A stretch of 64,000 nucleotides of DNA from an uncultured bacterium (lineage in GTDB: Bacteria > Babelota > Babeliae > Babelales > Babelaceae). Positions 10,095 through 19,685 of the stretch are shown piece after piece. A program made the translations under genes and the position numbers. The notes beneath the pieces are model-generated. The model was not told where the DNA came from and ran no database searches. It was given only the letters and a program-made list of their open reading frames with translations. How positions within the stretch are numbered: position 1 is the stretch's first letter; each line of letters begins with the position of its first letter. The stretch spans positions 576,001 to 640,000 of the forward strand of contig CAWKFG010000004.1 of NCBI GenBank assembly GCA_963848965.1. The letters run 5' to 3'.

Positions 10095-10124
10095 AAAAAA
10101 AAGACCAACCCGTCGGTTGGCCTT
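10095..10124 (-). terminator. Intrinsic terminator of the 10139-10576 gene
   Basis: AAGACCAACC-cgtc-GGTTGGCCTT hairpin with A8 (U8 on minus strand). Confidence 0.7.
10096..10111 (+). repeat. 16-bp direct repeat copy 2
   Basis: Identical to 4287-4302; forms one arm of the terminator. Confidence 0.65.
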
Positions 10125-10138
10125 ATATTCAGTACTTT

Positions 10139-10576
10139 TTACTGCGCAAAAACTTGTAAAATTTCTGGATCCTGTGTAAGAGAAACTGGGCTTTCTTCAA
10201 AGTCATTACGTTGTAAAGGATCAGCACCTGCATCTAAAAGCATTTTGATAATTTCTTTATCTCCATATTTTACTGCCCCATGTAACGCCGAGTCACCGCT
10301 ATTGAGATTCTTAGCTTTTACATCAGCGCCGGCTTTTATAAGCATAGAAAGAATTTCTTTTTTGCCTCTGCTAGCAGCTTCGTATACAGCTGTTCTAAAA
10401 CCTGTAGGCCAAGTATCTGGTGAAAGACCGCCAGAAAGTAGACTAGCCATATCTTTAACCCTGTTTTCTGCAATAGCCCACCACATTTGTTGAGGAAGGT
10501 TATTAACATCCATACCATACGATAAGAATGAGAGTGAGCACAGTAGAATGAGCGCATATAAAGATCTAGTAACCAT
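10139..10576 (-). CDS. Small secreted ankyrin-repeat protein
   Basis: Signal ...LSYG|MD, 2-3 ankyrin repeats (SALHGAV, GADP). Confidence 0.85.
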   Translation of the reverse strand: MVTRSLYALILLCSLSFLSYGMDVNNLPQQMWWAIAENRVKDMASLLSGGLSPDTWPTGFRTAVYEAASRGKKEILSMLIKAGADVKAKNLNSGDSALHGAVKYGDKEIIKMLLDAGADPLQRNDFEESPVSLTQDPEILQVFAQ

Positions 10577-10649
10577 AGTAATACTCCTATTTAATCTACT
10601 ATTTATTAATTTATGCTATAGCATTTATTCGATTAAGTCAAATAAGCAG

Positions 10650-11561
10650 TTATGCTAGGGTATTCTGCTTTTCTTTGATCAGGTTAGTGAGCACACTTAT
10701 AGCATGACTTAAAAATCGGCAATGTTTTTCAAGCAATTGAGCACTTTGTGGTAGACGATCAACTGTAGAATCAGATTTTACTGCATATATGATGAGACCA
10801 GCTAAACATACTATACTTGTTGAGAAAAATGTGGCAAAAGAGGAAGTAACATAAGGTTCATAACGGGCATCTCCGCCTGCCCATATCATTGTTGCAATCA
10901 TAACAATAAATAAGAGTGGTACGGGAGAAAAAACTGTACCAAGTGTATAAAAATCTTTTTTATCGTGCCCCGCTATATGTTTTTTAAGTACTATGCGACA
11001 AGCATCAAGCTGATTATAAAGCTTTTGGAGATTATTTTTCAAAGTAAGTATATCTTCTGTTGATAATTGTAAGCGAGTACGAAGCATATCATGAGTAACT
11101 GGTCCTACTATTGGGCTCTCTAATACCTGACTCCAATAAGCAGGTTTTACTTGAAGTAAATTATGTAAAAGAGCAGCAAAAGGAGCATAATCTCTCTTTC
11201 TCAACGTTGTTTCAAAAGGTCTTTCTTTTGTATACTCTGTCAGAGCTTCTTGTAGTTTTCTTGAAAGTTCTGTATGTGATTTTGCAGTTTTAAAATGTGC
11301 TACTATCATCTCCAGTCTCTGCGTATCAGCAGGAAAGATATGCTCTTGTTCCATAAAGCTCTCTACAATCTTTTGCGCTATTTCTGGAGTTAATCCATAG
11401 AGCCTTACAAGGTAGTTAAGAGCTGGATCATTTCCTTCAAGATATTCACAAATTTTAACCATAATATCTTTTGGCAAAGAGGAAACCTTGGGTTCTTTTT
11501 CCATAGCCAGAAGAGAAAAGCCTATGCTTATGGCACATAAGCTTTTTTGCCATAATTTCAT
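10650..11561 (-). CDS. Secreted F-box-like protein with two TM helices (paralog of 12912-13793)
   Basis: SLLA|MEKE, SSLPKDIMVKICEYL, coiled coil, hydrophobic hairpin. Confidence 0.7.
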   Translation of the reverse strand: MKLWQKSLCAISIGFSLLAMEKEPKVSSLPKDIMVKICEYLEGNDPALNYLVRLYGLTPEIAQKIVESFMEQEHIFPADTQRLEMIVAHFKTAKSHTELSRKLQEALTEYTKERPFETTLRKRDYAPFAALLHNLLQVKPAYWSQVLESPIVGPVTHDMLRTRLQLSTEDILTLKNNLQKLYNQLDACRIVLKKHIAGHDKKDFYTLGTVFSPVPLLFIVMIATMIWAGGDARYEPYVTSSFATFFSTSIVCLAGLIIYAVKSDSTVDRLPQSAQLLEKHCRFLSHAISVLTNLIKEKQNTLA

Positions 11562-11723
11562 AAAAAACTCCTAAATTTATTTTTTATTATAAATTTATAT
11601 TAGCACTTTATAGAAATAAAACAAGCTCTTTTTCCTTATTTTCTTAGGCCTTTTGCGCTCTTTTTCTTTTTCCCTTATCTTAGGAGTTACTTATTAAAAT
11701 TATAATTACAAAGGAACGTGACC

Positions 11724-12908
11724 ATGAAAGCACAATTAAGCACCCTCGGATTCATAGTCTGTAGTGCACTAGCTTTTATACAAGCAATGGAGAGCATGCC
11801 TCGTATAAACCCATGTTATCCAGCAAATGAGTATAGATATACTATTAGCATTGCCGGTATTTCTTGCAAAGATTTCAAGGATAAGGTACGAGGCTGTGTC
11901 TTAGGGGCAGCTTTAGGTGATATGCTGGGAGCGCCAACAGAATTTATCTCTTCACGTGAAGCTATTAATAAAGTATATCCACCCTCTGGCATTACAGGTA
12001 TTGAGAGCTTTAAGGAAAAAGACTTTACAAAGGATGCTTCTGGCAAAAAAGTAGCTCCCTATACTGACGATACTGCCATGAGTATTCTTGTTTTAGAAAC
12101 TATTACATGTTTTAGCAGATCGCAGTTTAACCCTCCATCACAATGGAACATAAATGATGCTATGCATGATCTTGCATTGAGCTTTGTAAAAGATATGAAT
12201 AACCCTGCCGGTTGGGCACAACAAAGGCGAGCTCCTGGGCTTACCTGTTTACGTAATGTACAAGAGCTTGCCACACGGTTTGAAGCAATGGCCAGGAAGC
12301 ACAATAAAGATCCTCGTTTTTGGGCAGTTGGCAAACCAACAGAAGGTGGTTGCGGATCTGTTATGCGAGCACATCCCTTTGGCCTTATTTTTGCAGGAAA
12401 TATAGAAAAAGCAATAGAATGGGCAGTAGAACACTCCAAAATTACTCATGGAGCTCCTATGGCTTTAGCCGCCTGTGCCGCAATGGCATGCGGTGTCGCT
12501 CATGCTCTAAGAAACGAAAAGCCAGAAGCAGTTGCTCAAAGAATGTATGAAGTTGCAAAAAAATATGATAGTTATACAGCACAGCTTATAGAACGAGCAA
12601 TAGAATATGCCTATGATGCTCGCAAGCCAAGTGATGAAGTATTTAAAGAGTTTCAAGGATGGGCAGCTCATGAAGCTATTGCAGCTGCTACTTATGCATT
12701 TTTAAAGCATCCAGATGATCTGAAAAAAGCTATTCTCTTAGGAGTTAATACCCCTGGTGATAGCGATAGTATTGCTTCAATGGCAGGAGCTCTTGTAGGC
12801 GCTCGCATTGGCGCACAACAGATACCACAGGAATGGCTTGAAGTACTTGAAGGGAGTCAAAGACTTATACAGCTTGCTGATAATGTTGCAAATTTATATA
12901 AGAAATAG
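11724..12908 (+). CDS. Secreted ADP-ribosylglycohydrolase (DraG/ARH family)
   Basis: GAALGDMLG, YTDDT, GSVMR, ITHG, GDSDS motifs; signal FIQA|ME. Confidence 0.9.
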   Translation: MKAQLSTLGFIVCSALAFIQAMESMPRINPCYPANEYRYTISIAGISCKDFKDKVRGCVLGAALGDMLGAPTEFISSREAINKVYPPSGITGIESFKEKDFTKDASGKKVAPYTDDTAMSILVLETITCFSRSQFNPPSQWNINDAMHDLALSFVKDMNNPAGWAQQRRAPGLTCLRNVQELATRFEAMARKHNKDPRFWAVGKPTEGGCGSVMRAHPFGLIFAGNIEKAIEWAVEHSKITHGAPMALAACAAMACGVAHALRNEKPEAVAQRMYEVAKKYDSYTAQLIERAIEYAYDARKPSDEVFKEFQGWAAHEAIAAATYAFLKHPDDLKKAILLGVNTPGDSDSIASMAGALVGARIGAQQIPQEWLEVLEGSQRLIQLADNVANLYKK

Positions 12909-12911
12909 CTT

Positions 12912-13793
12912 CTAGCGCTTTTTTGCAATAAGTACATCAATAAAATCGAGCGTCGCCTTTAACGATGTACATTGATTCTGTAAAAGTTGAATAAGTGCTG
13001 GATAACTTGTAGGAATTTGTACGTTAAGACGTGCATCGTCTTCTTTGATGAAAATAACATAAACCATATCACCAAATACCAGCATAAATTGTAAAAGAAG
13101 AAGCCATCGTGAGAATGAAGCATATGGTTCTTCTAAGGAACCACACGCTATCGATGTAGCGCCTACAAAAAGCCATAGAGGCATTTTTAGAGTAAGCGGA
13201 GCACCATTTCTAAGACGGTGTGTTCTTTCAAGAGCCTGCTTTCTAGAGATAACAATAGAAAGAAAGTTTTGCATTTCAGTATAAAAAGCTTGCATAGTAT
13301 GACGCATCTCATGCAATCCTTCAAGTGTGAATTCACGTAACTTCTCATGCTTAAAGATCTCTGCTCGTCCGGAAGAAGAGAGTTCAATGAGTCTTCTAAA
13401 ATCGGTTAAATCTGTCTTATAAAGCGCAGTTTTCAGTGGAGAAAATAGACGATATGCATTAAGTGCAGCTTTAATCTTTGCTGATACATCAGCGTGAGGT
13501 TTAGCTTTTTGAAAGCTTTTTAATATGATTTCATCTGCTTTTGCGGTTGTTGGATAAGCCTTCGTTTTCTTAATAAAGCTTTCTACAACTTTTTTAGCAG
13601 TAGTTGGAGTAAGTCCATAAATTCTCATAAGATAATTAAGCGCTCGATCATCACCCTCAAGGCACTCAAGAATAAGCAAAATAGCATCCTTAGGTAAATC
13701 TTCAAATGAAAGCTTTGGCTTTTCCATAGAGAATATAGAAAAAGTAGCACATGTTAAAAAAGAGAACAACCCTAATCTTTTAAAAATAGTCAT
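12912..13793 (-). CDS. Secreted F-box-like protein with two TM helices (paralog of 10650-11561)
   Basis: SIFS|MEKP, SFEDLPKDAILLILECL, shared ALNYLxRxYGLTP segment. Confidence 0.7.
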   Translation of the reverse strand: MTIFKRLGLFSFLTCATFSIFSMEKPKLSFEDLPKDAILLILECLEGDDRALNYLMRIYGLTPTTAKKVVESFIKKTKAYPTTAKADEIILKSFQKAKPHADVSAKIKAALNAYRLFSPLKTALYKTDLTDFRRLIELSSSGRAEIFKHEKLREFTLEGLHEMRHTMQAFYTEMQNFLSIVISRKQALERTHRLRNGAPLTLKMPLWLFVGATSIACGSLEEPYASFSRWLLLLQFMLVFGDMVYVIFIKEDDARLNVQIPTSYPALIQLLQNQCTSLKATLDFIDVLIAKKR

Positions 13794-13893
13794 AATAGCA
13801 AGTCCCTGAACATTTATTTAAAATTATAATATCTATTTAATTGTAACGAATATGCTATTTTTTTCAAGAAAACTTGTAAAACTAAGGAATACA

Positions 13894-14628
13894 TTAAATC
13901 TTCTTATTTGCATGAGCAATCAAAAAGAGCAAAATCCCTGCTGCAACTGAAGCATTGTATGAAATATCAGTGGTACGTTGGGGCAACCGTACCTGTTTGC
14001 CAAAAGAAAGAAGATTTTTTGCAATCCCTATTGCTTCATTACCAATAACAAGACAAAGAGGTTCTTGATAACTCATAGCTGTAGCATCTTCCCCTTCTAA
14101 AGTTGCTAGATAATTACTGTATCCGGCTTTTTTAAGCTCTTGCATAGCTTGTAAAGATGAAGCTGCTTCGTAAATTTCTAAATGCTCAGCAAGGCCTGCT
14201 GATGACTTGAGAGCAACAGCATTTAATGGTGCCGCTCCCTTAGCGCTCATAATAATACCATTAACTCCAGTACAATAAGCAGAACGTAAAATAGCTCCTA
14301 AATTACGAGGATCTTGAATGCCATCAAGCATGAGTAAAAATGGACTTTTTGCTGGCTCAAAAAACTTACGCCGATAAACAAAAGGAGCAGCCCATGCAAC
14401 CACACCTTGATGGTCAGTTGTTCCTGCAATACGCGTAAGTATATCACGCACTACATATTGAATTTGCGTTTCTTTTCCAAGTAAGGGAGCAATCATATCC
14501 CACGCCTTGGGAGCAGGTTTAGTAGTATAAATCGTGTAAATTTTTCTTTTTTTAGCCTTTAACAACTCAACGATAGGATGAATACCAAAGATAAGTTCCT
14601 GATTTTTTTGTTTTGTCATACGTTCCAC
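13894..14628 (-). CDS. TrmH/SpoU family 23S rRNA 2'-O-methyltransferase (RlmB-like)
   Basis: HQGVVA, DPRNLGAILRSA, IGNE, SYNASVAAG. Confidence 0.9.
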   Translation of the reverse strand: MERMTKQKNQELIFGIHPIVELLKAKKRKIYTIYTTKPAPKAWDMIAPLLGKETQIQYVVRDILTRIAGTTDHQGVVAWAAPFVYRRKFFEPAKSPFLLMLDGIQDPRNLGAILRSAYCTGVNGIIMSAKGAAPLNAVALKSSAGLAEHLEIYEAASSLQAMQELKKAGYSNYLATLEGEDATAMSYQEPLCLVIGNEAIGIAKNLLSFGKQVRLPQRTTDISYNASVAAGILLFLIAHANKKI

Positions 14629-14953
14629 TTTCTTGCAAAAACTCTAGTATATTTATTGTATCATAAAGATTGTTTACCACAAACTAAGAAACCTCATTGC
14701 CTAATCACCTTATTAGTATAACAAGATTTATTGCATAGAGTTTTTTAACGACCAGAGAAATATTTTATAGACCTACAATACATAAAAAAACTTTATCTTA
14801 ACTAGCACTTTATAGTCTTAAATAATCCTAAATGTACTAATTTTAAAACCCCTTACTTGATTTTAAACAAAAAATCAGGTATAAATTTAAGTGTAAATAC
14901 CGTGTTAATTACTAGTATTTTACTTTAACCTAATCCCAAAGAGGAGGTTTTTT

Positions 14954-15607
14954 ATGAAACACATACTTACATCGCCAAAAGGGCTTTTTGCATTACTTTT
15001 AGTGTTTGGAATGAGTGTATCATCTCAAGCACGTATGCGCCATTTTGTTAATGACTTTTTTGAGGATGATTTCTTTGCTGATGCATTTGAAGATCACTTT
15101 GAACGCATGCAAGACCATATAAAAGAGATGAGAAAGCGTGCTGCCAGTTTTGGTCCAAGCAAAGAAGAGCGTGAAGCATTAAAAGAGGCACATGAAAATC
15201 TCTCAAAAATAAAAGCTACGATAGACAGTGATGATCACAATGTCTATATACGCTTTACTTTAGATGGAGTTACCAAAGATGATATTAAAATCGTTAAAAA
15301 GTCTAATGGCTTTTTAGGTACTATTCCAGCTAAAGATGGTCAAGTAGAATTCTTTGTTTCTCCTCACTATCTTGAAACTGCTCGTCATATTGAGCTTAAA
15401 AAAGAAAATAAAGATAGCAAGGATGCTAAAGAAGATAAAAAACAGGAAAAGAAAGCTGTGTACTACTACAGCACTTCTGCAACTGAAGTACAAAGCCTTC
15501 CGCATACTGTTGATCTTTCTTCAGCGCAAGCACAGACAAAAGACGCTACTTTAACCATTACTATTGCCAAGAAAAAAGAAGCAGTGCTTCCTATTACTCA
15601 CGGATAA
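14954..15607 (+). CDS. Secreted Hsp20/alpha-crystallin-like protein
   Basis: Signal peptide, F/D-rich N-terminal arm, LP..VD...A.A...LTITIAK and C-terminal VLPI. Confidence 0.55.
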   Translation: MKHILTSPKGLFALLLVFGMSVSSQARMRHFVNDFFEDDFFADAFEDHFERMQDHIKEMRKRAASFGPSKEEREALKEAHENLSKIKATIDSDDHNVYIRFTLDGVTKDDIKIVKKSNGFLGTIPAKDGQVEFFVSPHYLETARHIELKKENKDSKDAKEDKKQEKKAVYYYSTSATEVQSLPHTVDLSSAQAQTKDATLTITIAKKKEAVLPITHG

Positions 15608-15639
15608 TACCACGAGTATGGCACATAATACTACTTATG

Positions 15640-15669
15640 ATAAGGCCTTGAGATATCTCAAGGCCTTAT
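15640..15669. terminator. Perfect 30-bp palindrome (terminator-like)
   Basis: ATAAGGCCTTGAGAT|ATCTCAAGGCCTTAT. Confidence 0.6.
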
Positions 15670-15685
15670 TACTTCTAGGATTTGC

Positions 15686-16810
15686 ATGAACAATTACCGT
15701 ACCTGGATAGAACTTAGTAAAGATGCCCTGTTTTACAATATCGCTCAACTTAAAAAAGCAGCCAAAGAATCTGAACTTGCACTCGTTTTAAAAAGCAATG
15801 CTTATGGCCACGGAGCTCAGGCTATTGCTTCACTTGCCGATACACATCCAGATGTCTCATGGTTATGCACCGCAGGACTTAAAGAAGCACTCTCTTTACG
15901 TAGCTACGGCATTCAAAAACCACTTATTGCTCTTTCATATCTTGATGAAAGTTTTGAAGCTGCAATTACTCAAAATATTCATTGCTCTGTATACACATAT
16001 GAAGATGCTCAACATTTAAGCGCTGTTGCACAACAGCTTGGCAAACAAGCTTATGTACATGTTAAAGTAGATACGGGTATGTCTCGTCTTGGAGTCTTAG
16101 CAAGTGAAGCACTACCATTTATTAAAGCACTACAAAAGTTACCTCATCTTGTTATTTATGGAATTTTTACTCATCTTTGTGATACTTCTAATTCAGATCA
16201 AAGCTTTAGCCAGTTACAACTTAAGAGGTTTGATGAAGTCCTTGCAGCTTTACAAGAAGCACATATTTATATTCCTTGCATTCACGCTCAATCATCGAGC
16301 GGCTTATGTGTTCTTCCTGAGCGCTCTTATACGCTTGTACGAGCTGGAGCTTCTGTATACGGTATATGGAAGTCGCCACAACACAAAAAACTTTTACAAA
16401 ACTGCACTGAGGTTGACTTAAAACCAGTAATGACCTGGAAGACACGTATTATTCAACTTAAAAGAATTCCTGCAGGATCATATATAGGCTATGACAGGAC
16501 ATATAAAACTACACGGCCTACAGTTATAGCACTTGCTCCTATTGGCTATTGGGAAGGGTATCCGCGAAGCCTTTCTAACAAAGGCATTGTACTTATTAAT
16601 AACACACTGGCTCCCATTCTAGGTATTGTAAGCATGAATCTTACTGCTTTTGATGTTACTGACATTCCAGGTATTCAGCTTGGAGACAGTATTACCTTGT
16701 TAGGAAACCAATCTCCTATAACAGCTCAAGAGTGCGCTCAACGAGCAGGCATTATAACCAATGAGATAGTAACTCATATAAATCCAGAAGTTCCTAGAAT
16801 TATTGTTTAA
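15686..16810 (+). CDS. alr: Alanine racemase
   Basis: VLKSNAYGHG PLP lysine, KVDTGMSRLG, IGYDRTY. Confidence 0.95.
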   Translation: MNNYRTWIELSKDALFYNIAQLKKAAKESELALVLKSNAYGHGAQAIASLADTHPDVSWLCTAGLKEALSLRSYGIQKPLIALSYLDESFEAAITQNIHCSVYTYEDAQHLSAVAQQLGKQAYVHVKVDTGMSRLGVLASEALPFIKALQKLPHLVIYGIFTHLCDTSNSDQSFSQLQLKRFDEVLAALQEAHIYIPCIHAQSSSGLCVLPERSYTLVRAGASVYGIWKSPQHKKLLQNCTEVDLKPVMTWKTRIIQLKRIPAGSYIGYDRTYKTTRPTVIALAPIGYWEGYPRSLSNKGIVLINNTLAPILGIVSMNLTAFDVTDIPGIQLGDSITLLGNQSPITAQECAQRAGIITNEIVTHINPEVPRIIV

Positions 16811-16827
16811 CCTTAAGGAATAGACAC

Positions 16828-17510
16828 ATGAAAAAGCATATTATTTTTATTTTTCTCATTTCTGTGCTAACACAGGAAAGCATAGTAGGTGAAAAAGCAA
16901 AAAATACTTTAATAATTTTTTAAACAGAACTAGCAGCGCTGGCAAAACCTCTCTATCAAAAGCACTTCACGACATATGCATAGAGCCATTACTTTATACA
17001 GGTATTGATTCATTCTTAGACATGTTTGCACCTCGCTTTATCATAACAGGTAAAGAAGCGCAACAAGGATTATTTTTTGAAGTTATAGCAGACCAAGAGA
17101 AACCATTTGTTAAGATTCACATTGGTAAATATGGCAAACAGCTTTTAGATGCGTTACCTTGGAGTATAAAAGCCATTGCCGATTGAGGTAACAAGCTTAT
17201 TATTGATGAAGTTTTATTTCACCCAGATCGGCTTAAACCATATGTTAAGGCACTAAAAAAACATAACGTATATTTTATTGGAGTAAAAACTCCTGTAGAA
17301 GTTATAGAAACTCGCGAAAAAGCTCGAAAAGAGCGCGTAATTGGTCTCGGCCGCTCGCTTATCGATATAGTACATCCACAAGGACGAATCTATGATCTTG
17401 AAATTGATACTTCAAAAGTAACTCCCGAAGAAGCTGCTCATATCATTTTAGACTATGTTGCTAAAAATCCTCGCCCTCAAGCGTTTAAAAATGCTTATAA
17501 ACACAAGTAA
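16828..17510 (+). pseudogene. Chloramphenicol phosphotransferase-like P-loop kinase pseudogene with signal peptide
   Basis: LNRTSSAGKTS, GIDSF, LIIDEV, RE.AR..R..GL, YDLEIDTS; frameshift in T6 run at 16916-16921 and TGA at 17184-17186. Confidence 0.8.
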
Positions 17511-17515
17511 AGGCT

Positions 17516-17986
17516 CTACTTGACTGAAACCGTTTTTCCATTGGTAAGATCTTTCAGATCTGCAGAATGTAATTTAAAAACAGCATGAGGAGTTCCAGCT
17601 GCAGCCCACAGCTCTTTAAACTTAAAGAGCTCTTCATCAATGAATGTCTCTATTTTTTGCTTATGACCCACAGGTGGAATTCCTCCAATAGCAAAACCAG
17701 TTACTTCTTTAGTAAAATCTGCTTCTGCTTTTACAATCTCTTGCCCAATATATCCTGCAATTACTTTTTCGTTAACCCGATTTACCCCACTTGTAAGCAC
17801 AAGGACTGGTCTTTTTGTATCCTTTGTACGAAAAATAAGAGATTTAACAATCTGTGCAACTTCACAACCAATTACTGCAGCTGCTTCTTGTGCAGTACGA
17901 GTACTCGCTGGAAACTCAATAACTTTCATCTCGAGCCCTTTTTCTGAAAGCGCATCTTGTATACTTTGCGCATGCTTGCTTAACAC
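17516..17986 (-). CDS. YbaK/EbsC aminoacyl-tRNA deacylase family protein
   Basis: TRTAQEAA, IVKSLIF, TGFAIGGIPPVGH, WAAAG. Confidence 0.9.
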   Translation of the reverse strand: MLSKHAQSIQDALSEKGLEMKVIEFPASTRTAQEAAAVIGCEVAQIVKSLIFRTKDTKRPVLVLTSGVNRVNEKVIAGYIGQEIVKAEADFTKEVTGFAIGGIPPVGHKQKIETFIDEELFKFKELWAAAGTPHAVFKLHSADLKDLTNGKTVSVK

Positions 17987-18132
17987 AGGGGCTCCTTCAT
18001 AAATAGTCTCTTAATAAATAATCTTTGCATACATTGTACAGTTTTTATACGACGAGCACAAAACCCTTACAAGAATACATAAAGGGCTTTCTTAATTTCA
18101 AAATAACATAAAAGTTCATTTTTCCTTATTAT

Positions 18133-18166
18133 ATCTCTCAACTTCGAAAAGCAAGAGTGAATCGTA
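18133..18166 (+). mobile_element. Decayed IS200/IS605 left-end-like relic
   Basis: ATCTCTCAACTTCGAAAAGCAAGAG-TGAATCGTA resembles 61626-61660 ATTCTCCTACTTCTGTAAGTAGGAGATGAATCGTA. Confidence 0.4.
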
Positions 18167-18260
18167 TTTTTCCTGCATAAAAAGTATATTCACAAGAGCT
18201 TAAAAATGGTATAATTATAGTATTAACCTTTAAAAAATTACTTACCATTATAAGGATCTT

Positions 18261-18965
18261 ATGTATATCGTTGAGGGAAATATTGGAGCAGGCAAATCTA
18301 CATTTTTAAAGCTTATACAAGCTTGTTTACCTCATATTAGCGTTATTTTAGAGCCTGTAGAAAGTTGGCAGAATAAAATAGGTGGTCAGTCAGTACTTGC
18401 CAATTTTTACGAAAATCCTCAACGCTGGGCTTATACTATGGAAACTCTTACTATGATAGGGAGAGTACAAGAGCATTTAAAAGCGCAAGAACATCCTAAT
18501 CCTTTTCGCTTAATGGAACGTTCTATCTATTCTGGCCACTATTGCTTTGCAACAAATGGATACCAAACAGGATTCCTCACAGAACTTGAGTGGAAGCTGT
18601 ATCTATCATGGTTTAATTTTCTTATTACTGACAAATGTAAAGTACCTCATGGATTTATTTACCTTCGTGTAGATCCCGAGGTTGCTTATGAAAGAATACA
18701 AAAACGGCAACGGAGTGACGAAAGTGCTATAAGTCTTGACTATATCAAGCAAATTCACCAATGTCATGAAAACTTTTTACTTGAAAAAATTAACGTACTT
18801 CAAGAACTCGTAGCAACTCCTGTACTTGTGCTTGATTGCAATGCAGAGTTTGAAAAAGATGGAGCCCAATTTAGAGCTCATGCTCAAAAAGTTGTAGAAT
18901 TTATGCGTGCACATGTAGGAATGCAACGATATCACGGTTCCTGTACGTACCCAATCTTTTCATAG
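18261..18965 (+). CDS. Deoxynucleoside kinase
   Basis: EGNIGAGKST, EPVESW, MERSIYS, IYLR..PE...ERI..R.R. Confidence 0.92.
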   Translation: MYIVEGNIGAGKSTFLKLIQACLPHISVILEPVESWQNKIGGQSVLANFYENPQRWAYTMETLTMIGRVQEHLKAQEHPNPFRLMERSIYSGHYCFATNGYQTGFLTELEWKLYLSWFNFLITDKCKVPHGFIYLRVDPEVAYERIQKRQRSDESAISLDYIKQIHQCHENFLLEKINVLQELVATPVLVLDCNAEFEKDGAQFRAHAQKVVEFMRAHVGMQRYHGSCTYPIFS

Positions 18966-18984
18966 AGGAATATTAGACCCTCTT

Positions 18985-19497
18985 TTATGCTTCAGCTTTC
19001 CTTGAAGATCTTCCTCTTCGTGTAGAAGATTCCTGGCCTGTTGCAGAACTTTCTTCTGAAGGCCCTTTGCTTTTTCTAGTTGAACTTGCAGTGCTTTTTC
19101 GCTCTGGTTTAATTTTTCGAGGTCCTGCTTTACTCTGTTTTGGCAAGATGATTCTTAAAACGCCATGATCAAGTTCTGCTCGTGTTTGCTCAGCAGACAC
19201 TGCTACAGGAAGATGAATAACTCGCTCAAAACCCCCGCGACGAATCTCTTTACTAAAATAGTTTCTTTCTTCAGTTTCATGCTCTTCTTCTCGAGTACCA
19301 GAAATTCGTATATTATCCCCTTCAACATGAATATCTACTTTATCTGGCTCAATACCTGGTACTTGCATCTCAATGACAACATTACCATTTTCTTCATAGA
19401 CATCTATTGCTAAATCTTTACCTGCAAACCCAGCTCTACCCAATTCTTCAAAAAGTTGATCTAATTCTGCCAATGGTCTCCATCGAATAATAGCCAT
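18985..19497 (-). CDS. Hsp20/alpha-crystallin small heat shock protein
   Basis: IDVYEE, VPGI, EIRRGGFERVIHLP, GVLRIILPK. Confidence 0.93.
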   Translation of the reverse strand: MAIIRWRPLAELDQLFEELGRAGFAGKDLAIDVYEENGNVVIEMQVPGIEPDKVDIHVEGDNIRISGTREEEHETEERNYFSKEIRRGGFERVIHLPVAVSAEQTRAELDHGVLRIILPKQSKAGPRKIKPERKSTASSTRKSKGPSEESSATGQESSTRRGRSSRKAEA

Positions 19498-19644
19498 ACT
19501 CTCTCCTTTTTATTTTTATTATTTTAGATAATTTTAAACGAGATCGACAAGTAAAATCAATACTATTTGAATTAAGTTGCTCGTAAAGTACATTGCAGAG
19601 CTCAAAGTTTAATTTTATCTAGGAGGAAACATGAAAAGGGCTAT

Positions 19645-19671
19645 AAAAAAAGGCACCCTATGAGTGCCTTT
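19645..19671 (-). terminator. Terminator after tyrS
   Basis: AAAGGCAC-7 nt-GTGCCTTT with A run. Confidence 0.6.
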
Positions 19672-19685
19672 AATCAAAATAAATT

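Noticed and set aside
11601..14815. TAGCACTTTATAG at 11601 and 14803 as CIRCE operators
   Set aside because: Only a half-site; the GAGTGCTAA arm is absent
17184..17186. In-frame TGA as possible recoding (genetic code 4/25 or Sec)
   Set aside because: The same gene has a frameshift, and TGA is a normal stop in valS and tdk
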